This document shows, piece by piece, positions 58,066-64,000 of a stretch of DNA of 64,000 bases. The notes beneath the pieces are model-generated. The model was not told the DNA's origin, made no database searches, and worked only from the letters and a program-made list of their open reading frames with translations. Within the stretch, counting starts at the first letter, position 1; each line of letters starts with the position of its first letter. Position numbers and translations under genes: made by a program. The DNA lies in assembly GCA_963702095.1 (NCBI GenBank), contig OY969706.1, positions 2,464,001 to 2,528,000 on the forward strand, read 5' to 3'. The stretch comes from Candidatus Bathyarchaeota archaeon. Its GTDB lineage: Archaea > Thermoproteota > Bathyarchaeia > Bathyarchaeales > Bathycorpusculaceae.

Positions 58066-59730
58066 TTAGTAGGGCATTCCGCCCATACCGCCCATGCCAC
58101 CCATACCTCCCATTCCACCCATTCCTCCTGGGGGCATCGGAGGCATCTTTCCGCCGCCTTTGACGCTGATTAAATCGTCGATTTTCAGTATCATGTTGGT
58201 GGCTTCGGTGGCTGATTTGATGGCTTGCTGCTTCACGCGCAGAGGCTCCACAATCATTTTGGGGCACATGTCAACGATTTTGCCTGTGGTAACGTCGATG
58301 CCGAAGGTTTTGCTATTTGGTTTCTCGTGTTGTGCGCGGAGTGCAACCATGATGTCTATGGGGTCTAAGCCTGCGTTCTCAGCGAGTGTCAATGGGATTT
58401 CTTCGACTGCTTCTGCGAAGGCTTCCACTGCGAGTTGTTCCCGTCCGCCCACTTGGACTGCGAAGGCTTTCAGGCCTTTTGCAAGTTCAGCTTCGGGTGC
58501 GCCGCCGCCTGCAACGATTTTGCCGTCTTCGATGACGTTACGGACAACGCATAAGCCGTCGTGTAAGCTGCGTTCTGCTTCATCGATAACATGGTTGGAT
58601 GCGCCTCGGATGACGATGGTTACGGCTTTGGGGTTCTTGCAATCGCGTATGTAGAGGAGTTTGTCGTCGCCGATTTTGACTTCTTCAACACGTTTCGCTT
58701 TACCCAACACTTCTGGAGCTAATTCTTTGACTGATGCAACAATCATGGCGCCTGTGGCTTTGCTGAGTTTCTCCATGTCGCTGCTGCTCACGCTTTTAAC
58801 TGCGATGACCCCGGCTTTTCCTAAGAAGTGAAGTGCCATGTCGTCGATGCCTTTCTCGCAGAACACAACGTTTGCACCTGACTTCGTGATTGAAGTAACC
58901 ATGTCTTTTATCATGCGTTCTTCTTCGTCTAGGAACAACTTCATCTGGTCAGGGCTTTCAATGTTGATTTTTGCGTCAAACTCGGTTTTCTCGATTTCGA
59001 GTTTTGCATTGAGAAGAGCAATTTTTGCGCCGTCAACCAGTTTGGGCATGCCGCTGCTGGCGATTTCTTTGTCAAGAACCATGCCTTTGACGAGTTCGGT
59101 TTCGTCGAGGCTTTTACCGTGTTTCTTCACAATTTTCACCAAGTCGATATCGGCGACGTATTTGTCGTCAACTTTCTCAGAGACTTGCCGGACTGATTCG
59201 ACGATGATTTTTGCGAAGTGGTCTTCTGCGACGTTGATGCTTTTGCTGGAAATCGAGGTTATAGCGACTTCTTTTAGGGTTTTATCATCGTTGAAAGCAA
59301 CTGGCAAAGCGATAGCCTGCAGGATTTTCTGTGCCTCTTCGCTTGCTTTCTTGTAGCCTTCAATGATAACGGTTGGATGAATGTTTTTGTCGAGTAATCC
59401 TTCGGCTTTTGCGAGTAGTTCGCCTGCTAGGATAACGGCGGTTGTAGTTCCGTCGCCGACTTCGTTGTCCTGTGCTTTGGCGACTTCAACAAGCATCTTT
59501 GCCGCTGGATGTTGAACGTCGAGTTCTTTCATGATGGTTGCGCCGTCGTTGGTTATGGCAACGTCGCCCATGCCGCTGACCAGCATCTTATCCATGCCGC
59601 AGGGACCGAGCGTGCTTTTTACGGCTTCAGCAACGATTTTAGCAGCCATAATGTTGTTTCGTTGTGCTTCGCGGCCAGTACTTCTACCTGTGCCTTCCTT
59701 TAATACTATGAACGGGGATGTTTCCTCCAC
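58066..59730 (-). CDS. ths: Thermosome (group II chaperonin) subunit
   Basis: STLGP.GMDKML, TNDGATI, GDGTTT, AGGGAPE, ENAG, C-terminal GGM repeats. Confidence 0.97.
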   Translation of the reverse strand: MEETSPFIVLKEGTGRSTGREAQRNNIMAAKIVAEAVKSTLGPCGMDKMLVSGMGDVAITNDGATIMKELDVQHPAAKMLVEVAKAQDNEVGDGTTTAVILAGELLAKAEGLLDKNIHPTVIIEGYKKASEEAQKILQAIALPVAFNDDKTLKEVAITSISSKSINVAEDHFAKIIVESVRQVSEKVDDKYVADIDLVKIVKKHGKSLDETELVKGMVLDKEIASSGMPKLVDGAKIALLNAKLEIEKTEFDAKINIESPDQMKLFLDEEERMIKDMVTSITKSGANVVFCEKGIDDMALHFLGKAGVIAVKSVSSSDMEKLSKATGAMIVASVKELAPEVLGKAKRVEEVKIGDDKLLYIRDCKNPKAVTIVIRGASNHVIDEAERSLHDGLCVVRNVIEDGKIVAGGGAPEAELAKGLKAFAVQVGGREQLAVEAFAEAVEEIPLTLAENAGLDPIDIMVALRAQHEKPNSKTFGIDVTTGKIVDMCPKMIVEPLRVKQQAIKSATEATNMILKIDDLISVKGGGKMPPMPPGGMGGMGGMGGMGGMGGMPY

Positions 59731-59864
59731 CTTGAGACATAATTTCACCAGATTCTGTAGATTTTAATTTTAATTATAAACTGGAATTCAACAATAAAAA
59801 ATTGAAATATAAGTTTTTCCTAAGGTTAACGCTGATAATCAACCAAAACAAGTGACTTCAACCC

Positions 59865-60023
59865 TTAGGTTTCAGTTTCACCCTTCTCACTTCGAGTCTT
59901 ATTTACCGTTGCTGCCGCGATACGTTCAGCATCCTCTTCGGATGCACCGCGTTTGAGCTCAGATTCTTTTATGTGCTCGTATTGCCGTTTACGCTTTGGA
60001 TTTTCAACGCCTCTTGGAGGCAA
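59865..60023 (-). CDS. 52-aa charged microprotein of the 'RQYEHIKES...IAAxTVNK' family (not in ORF track)
   Basis: GGTGA upstream of TTG; MPPRGVENPKRKRQYEHIKESELKRGASEEDAERIAAATVNKTRSEKGETET resembles a bacterial small-protein family often auto-annotated 'plasmid stabilization protein'. Confidence 0.75.
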   Translation of the reverse strand: MPPRGVENPKRKRQYEHIKESELKRGASEEDAERIAAATVNKTRSEKGETET

Positions 60024-60095
60024 ACAATCACCGTCCCAAAAATGGAGTTACTAAAAAACGAGTAATGTACAAAAAGTGTAGAGAGGAAACAGCGG

Positions 60096-60572
60096 TTACA
60101 TCTTTGGCATATTTGCCATCTTTTCATTCATGAACTGCTTGGCTATTTCCCGTTCGTCATCATCTGAGAGGACATGTCTAGCTTTCTTGAAGAGGTCGTC
60201 TTCTTCCTCTTTAATGTGCATATCAACGGTTTCGCTTAGGACTTTGATTTTAGCGTATTTTACATCATCATCGCTTGAGTTATCGACATCATTGATTACC
60301 TTTTTAGCAACATCATGCTCCTCATAAGCTTCAAGTGTCAGCGTCCTTGTTTCAGGGTTGTTTTCAAGCCGCGGATAGAAAAGCTTCTCTTCACCCGCCA
60401 TGTGTAACTGCAATGCCATCTTAATCTGAGAGAAAACATCGTCCTGATAGCGTTCTCCATCGACAATTTGTTTGAAAAGTCTCTTAACATCCTTATGTTC
60501 TATCTTCAAAATATCATAGATCGGGGCGTCATCTTGAATTTTCTCCTGTTCTTTCCTAACTTCTTCTTGCAT
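60096..60572 (-). CDS. Hemerythrin/HHE cation-binding domain protein
   Basis: LKIEH..VK.LF, HMAGEE.LFYP, AYEEH, HIKEEE..LF; GGAGGTGA upstream. Confidence 0.88.
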   Translation of the reverse strand: MQEEVRKEQEKIQDDAPIYDILKIEHKDVKRLFKQIVDGERYQDDVFSQIKMALQLHMAGEEKLFYPRLENNPETRTLTLEAYEEHDVAKKVINDVDNSSDDDVKYAKIKVLSETVDMHIKEEEDDLFKKARHVLSDDDEREIAKQFMNEKMANMPKM

Positions 60573-60625
60573 ATATTCACCTCCCAATTACTTGGAGGAA
60601 AAATTGTTAGCACCCACCAATCTTG

Positions 60626-61180
60626 TTACCTCGCCATTTCACGGCATGACTCCGCACAGCGTCTACAAACGCTTGCACATTCCTTCATGAAGTCCTCGTC
60701 AAAGCGGTCAAAGTTGTCGGCGCATTCATCGCATATGTCAGCACATATGCCGCAGGTCTGGGGGTAATAGGTAGAGTTTCTCAGCATGAAATCAGCGTTG
60801 GTATTGCAGATTTTTGCGCAGTCCATAATGAGGTTGATGTGCTCGGCTTCTGCATGTTTGCCGCCTATGCTGAGGCAACGCAGAATGGTTTCGCTGCAGG
60901 TTTGATAACATTCCATGGAATCTTTGAGGCATTCGCGGACTTCTTCACTAGTCATGTTTTCAGAGTTTTGAATGCGTTCAAGTTCGTCCATGGTTCCAGA
61001 CATTCTGCCCGTCAATGGCAATTGATTTTTTTCTGCCCAACCTTCAGCGATGTCTTCTTGGGTTTGGGCGCCGTCAGAGTTTTCCTCGGAATAGCGGTTA
61101 ATGTCCCGTGAAGTGAATTCCTGTATAAAATCAGGTTTTTCCTTATTGGTAGTTAAGTCACGTTCAAGGGGTTTTGACAT
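60626..61180 (-). CDS. Cys-rich four-helix-bundle copper-storage protein (Csp3/DUF326-like) with acidic N-terminal extension
   Basis: ECLKDSMECYQTCSE...CL, DCAKIC, CGICADICDECA, ECASVCRRCAESCREMA; GGAGGTGA upstream. Confidence 0.85.
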   Translation of the reverse strand: MSKPLERDLTTNKEKPDFIQEFTSRDINRYSEENSDGAQTQEDIAEGWAEKNQLPLTGRMSGTMDELERIQNSENMTSEEVRECLKDSMECYQTCSETILRCLSIGGKHAEAEHINLIMDCAKICNTNADFMLRNSTYYPQTCGICADICDECADNFDRFDEDFMKECASVCRRCAESCREMAR

Positions 61181-61294
61181 GTCTTCACCTCCCCTATCAA
61201 CAGCCATTGATTGGCAAAAATTAGCAAGCGTTTTTTTGAAGCCCTAAGCTATGACTTTCGATAGGTTTTCATGATTAATTTCATGTAGGCGACC

Positions 61295-61327
61295 ATTTAA
61301 GATTATGTGACTACAATTCCAAGCCAA
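61295..61327 (-). promoter_or_regulatory. Putative palindromic operator plus TATA box of the csp-hemerythrin-microprotein operon
   Basis: Minus strand reads TTGGCT-N9-AGTCAC-N6-TTAAAT. Confidence 0.55.
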
Positions 61328-61396
61328 CATCAAACTACTTGGAATCCGAAGCAAAAAAGGGGGTGCTTAAGAGAAATCTTGAGCGTCATATTTACC

Positions 61397-62290
61397 CTAT
61401 TTTCTGGGAAGCAACTCGTTTAACTCAAAGCTCGCACCGCACAGCACCGTGTCTGCTCCGCCATAGTAAACGATGACTTGATCATCGATCTGCACGTTGC
61501 CACAGCTGAAAACCACGTTTGGTACGTCGCCGATGCATTCATAGCCTTCACAAGGTGTAAGGATGGGTTTGTCTGAGCGATAGAGCACTTTCTCAGGGTT
61601 AGCCTTATCCAGCAATGCCACGCCAAGAGAATAGTTTTTCTTTTCATCAACGCCGTGGTAAATGAATAGGTAGCCTTCGTTGAGTTCGATGGGTGTTCCG
61701 GCTGCACCGATTTTGACGCTGTCCCACATTTTGTCTCGGGGTTCCATGACGGATTTGAAGCCATGCCATTTCTTGAGATCCGCAGAGTAGGAAACGCAGA
61801 TGCTGGGTTCGATTCGGTGAAACATCATGTATTGGTCGTCAACTTTGCCGGGCAGGATAAAGGCGTCCTTGTTACGTACGTTGGGAAATGGCAGGATGCG
61901 TTCTTTCCAGTTCCAATTGCGATTTACAAAGTCTTGGAGGTTTATGGAGGTTAACGATATTTGGTAGATTACGGGGAAATCGTGGTTTCGATAAGCCGTG
62001 TACGCCATGATGAGTTGGTCGCCTATTTGGGTTAAGCGTGGGTCTTCACAGCCACTGTGTTCTGCATGTTGAACTGGGGTAAAAATTGGGGTGTCGAAAC
62101 GTTCTTTAATAGTGTAGCCGTCGCTTGAAGTTGCCAAGCCAAGCCGGGAAACGTTGTCGTCTCCCATGGCTCGGTATACAATGTGGACTAAGCCGCCGCT
62201 GTACACCGCCGCCGCGTTGAAAACAGACCTTGACTCCCAGTAATTCCTCTTTATTGGTTCTAATATGGGGTTATGTGCAAAGCGTTTCAT
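61397..62290 (-). CDS. GH130-family glycosidase/phosphorylase
   Basis: NPILEP, VFNAAA, YRA, SRLGLATS.DG, GCEDPR, NKD, KIGAAGTP, YHGV, GDVPNVVFSCG, YYGGAD. Confidence 0.88.
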   Translation of the reverse strand: MKRFAHNPILEPIKRNYWESRSVFNAAAVYSGGLVHIVYRAMGDDNVSRLGLATSSDGYTIKERFDTPIFTPVQHAEHSGCEDPRLTQIGDQLIMAYTAYRNHDFPVIYQISLTSINLQDFVNRNWNWKERILPFPNVRNKDAFILPGKVDDQYMMFHRIEPSICVSYSADLKKWHGFKSVMEPRDKMWDSVKIGAAGTPIELNEGYLFIYHGVDEKKNYSLGVALLDKANPEKVLYRSDKPILTPCEGYECIGDVPNVVFSCGNVQIDDQVIVYYGGADTVLCGASFELNELLPRK

Positions 62291-62370
62291 ATGCCCCTCT
62301 CCCTTCCACTAAAGGTTCTACACAGGCAAAATATAAACCTGCATGGAACTTTATGTCGAAATCGCCCTTT

Positions 62371-62404
62371 GTGACTGTTCTTATACAATCACATGTGCTT
62401 AAAC
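62371..62404 (+). promoter_or_regulatory. Putative palindromic operator plus TATA box between the divergent GH130 and GT4 genes
   Basis: GTGACT-N10-AATCAC-N6-TTAAAC. Confidence 0.55.
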
Positions 62405-62438
62405 ACGGCTCTACCTTCCTATATGGCGTGAGTTGTAG

Positions 62439-63647
62439 TTGGCAAACTTTGTTCTAGGCACCCCTACCCAAACGAGGGTTAAAGAGGTTGCTTATGTTAG
62501 TACTTTTCCACCCAGAAAATGCGGTATAGCCACCTTCACAGCTGATTTAGTTAACTCTATTAGCCTGTATAATCGGCTAAAAGAGCAAAAAGTCATCTCC
62601 ATAGACGGCCGCCGACTCTTTAAGCCTTCATATGAGGGTATAGAACATAAAATCGGCCGCGACTTCCTTGAAGATTACCTGTTAATGGCGGATTTTCTTA
62701 ACCAATCCACCGTTAACGTCGTTAATATCCAGCATGAATTCGGAATTTTCGGCGGAGAATCTGGAGAATATATAGGTTCTTTCCTTGAAAAACTCAAGGT
62801 ACCCGTCGCCACAACTTTGCACACGGTTTTACCAAACTTTGAAGGAAAACAAAAAGAAGTATTCGACACAATTGTCGACAAAAGCGCAGCAATAGTAGTT
62901 TTGAATAAAATAACCCAATCATTAGTAGAGCAATATGGGGTGCCAATGCGAAAAGTCAGGTTAATTCCCCATGGCTGCCCAGACTTGCCTCTACTGTCTA
63001 CCTCGAAAGTCAAGCCGAAACTGGGCTTAAAAGACAGGGTTGTGCTCTCTACGTTTGGGCTGCTGAGCCGCGGCAAGGGTATTGAACATGTCATCGAGGC
63101 TTTGCCTGAAATCATCAAACATGAGCCCAGAATAGTCTACTACGTACTGGGTGTAACGCATCCTGAGGTGAAGAAGGTCGAGGGAGAATCCTACCGCAAC
63201 ACACTTCATCGCATGGCTAAAGACCTTGGGTTACGGGGGCACGTACGGTTCTTAAACCGGTTCCTGTCTAAACCCGAACTGTACAGGTATTTGTTGGCAA
63301 CCGACGTTTACATTACGCCTTACCATTCCCCGAATCAAGTGAGCAGCGGCACCCTATCCTACGCCCTAGCTGCGGGCAAAGCAGTGGTTTCCACACCGTA
63401 CCTGCATGCAAAAGAGGCGCTCGGTGAGGGCCGCGGCGTATTCTGTGAATTCAACGATTCCCAATCTATCGCACAGCGTGTAACGGAAGTCATAGAGAAC
63501 CCGGAGCTGAGGGCTTCGCTTGGAGAGAAAGCTTACCGCTATAGTCGACACTTCACTTGGCCTTTGGTTGCAAAGAAATACCTTAGCCTCTTCGACGAGT
63601 TAGCGGGGCAACGCGTGGAGGAATTGCCATCAAGCTGCCTCCACTAA
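62439..63647 (+). CDS. GT4-family glycosyltransferase
   Basis: STFPPRKCGIATFT, QHEFGIFGG, TLHTV, IPHG, FGLLSRGKGIE, SSGTLSYA..AGKAVVSTPY. Confidence 0.9.
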   Translation: MANFVLGTPTQTRVKEVAYVSTFPPRKCGIATFTADLVNSISLYNRLKEQKVISIDGRRLFKPSYEGIEHKIGRDFLEDYLLMADFLNQSTVNVVNIQHEFGIFGGESGEYIGSFLEKLKVPVATTLHTVLPNFEGKQKEVFDTIVDKSAAIVVLNKITQSLVEQYGVPMRKVRLIPHGCPDLPLLSTSKVKPKLGLKDRVVLSTFGLLSRGKGIEHVIEALPEIIKHEPRIVYYVLGVTHPEVKKVEGESYRNTLHRMAKDLGLRGHVRFLNRFLSKPELYRYLLATDVYITPYHSPNQVSSGTLSYALAAGKAVVSTPYLHAKEALGEGRGVFCEFNDSQSIAQRVTEVIENPELRASLGEKAYRYSRHFTWPLVAKKYLSLFDELAGQRVEELPSSCLH

Positions 63648-63649
63648 AA

Positions 63650-64000
63650 ATGGATCACCTTGAAGCCCTAACGGATGACACAGGCGTTTTTCAACACGCA
63701 AAATTCTGTATTCCAAGGCGCAGCGAGGGCTACACAACCGACGACAACGCCCGCGCCTTAGTCGTCGCCGCCAAATACCACCGCCTAAAAAAAGACCCCA
63801 AAATGAAGCATCTCGCACAGGTTTACTTGGCGTTTCTAAATCACATGCAGAAGCCCGACGGCAACTTCCATAACTACCTAAGCTATGAACGCACCTTCCT
63901 CGACGTCGACGGTTCAGAAGACAGTGCAGGACGCACCATGTGGGGTTGCGGCACCGCCATAAACTCTGCTCTCCCAGAGGATATGCGTTTTGTCGCCAAA
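63650..64000 (+). CDS. Six-hairpin glycosidase-like domain normally fused to this GT4 family (3'-truncated by window edge; possibly one gene with the upstream GT4 via a frameshift near 63628)
   Basis: Open frame reads (IKLPPLK)MDHLEALTDDTGVFQHAKFCIPRRSEGYTTDDNARAL...DGNFHNYLSY...SEDSAGR to the window end. Confidence 0.8.
   Translation, partial: MDHLEALTDDTGVFQHAKFCIPRRSEGYTTDDNARALVVAAKYHRLKKDPKMKHLAQVYLAFLNHMQKPDGNFHNYLSYERTFLDVDGSEDSAGRTMWGCGTAINSALPEDMRFVAK

Noticed and set aside
58066-58140. Short tandem repeats at the thermosome 3' end
   Set aside because: They encode the ordinary GGM tail of chaperonins; this is not a CRISPR or VNTR element.
60-63630. About eight single-base frameshifts (pth2 ~64, rps15 ~14647, beta-propeller ~17143, Fd-MvhD 22377, polB ~34272, aglB ~37375, thyA ~57085, GT4 ~63628) as programmed frameshifting or pseudogenisation
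   Set aside because: They hit essential genes, share no slippery sequence and leave both halves intact. Uncorrected long-read or assembly indels are the simplest explanation, and read mapping would confirm this.
95-63818. Numerous antisense and alternate-frame ORFs in the track (e.g. 95-694, 1732-2319, 17174-17716, 29625-30161, 34395-34727, 58094-58654)
   Set aside because: They overlap well-supported genes or lack motifs; they are shadow ORFs arising from codon bias.

Overview
Archaeal chromosomal window, most consistent with Bathyarchaeia (TACK). The evidence is a PolB1-type polymerase, a TFE-beta with a C-terminal Fe-S motif, an OSTC/OST3-6-like protein and paralogous 'PSVPxFT...DPYxG' surface proteins; the taxonomy is my inference. 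The backbone is housekeeping: pth2, truD, nadM, psmB, nadC, rlmE, KEOPS kae1/bud32/pcc1, rdgB, rps15, recJ, trxB, nfnAB, an RsmB/NOP methylase, polB1, aglH, aglB, topA, carS, radB, clp1, xpd, nth, moeA, thyA and a thermosome subunit. About eight single-base frameshifts, several in essential genes, are most likely read or assembly errors. No tRNA, rRNA, CRISPR array or transposase was recognised. Three signals stand out. (1) Bacterial-type general-stress/desiccation genes are dispersed at ~16.7, ~31.1 and ~60-64 kb: CsbD-like, GsiB/KGG-like, a 52-aa small protein, a hemerythrin, a Cys-rich four-helix bundle protein, and GH130 plus GT4. Four of their promoter regions share an imperfect palindrome, GTGACT-N9/10-AGYCAC, ending 6 nt before a TATA-like box, which suggests an undescribed archaeal stress regulon. 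(2) A tandem (ferredoxin-MvhD)x2 protein heads the nfnAB operon. (3) An OSTC/DC2-like subunit gene lies near aglB/aglH.
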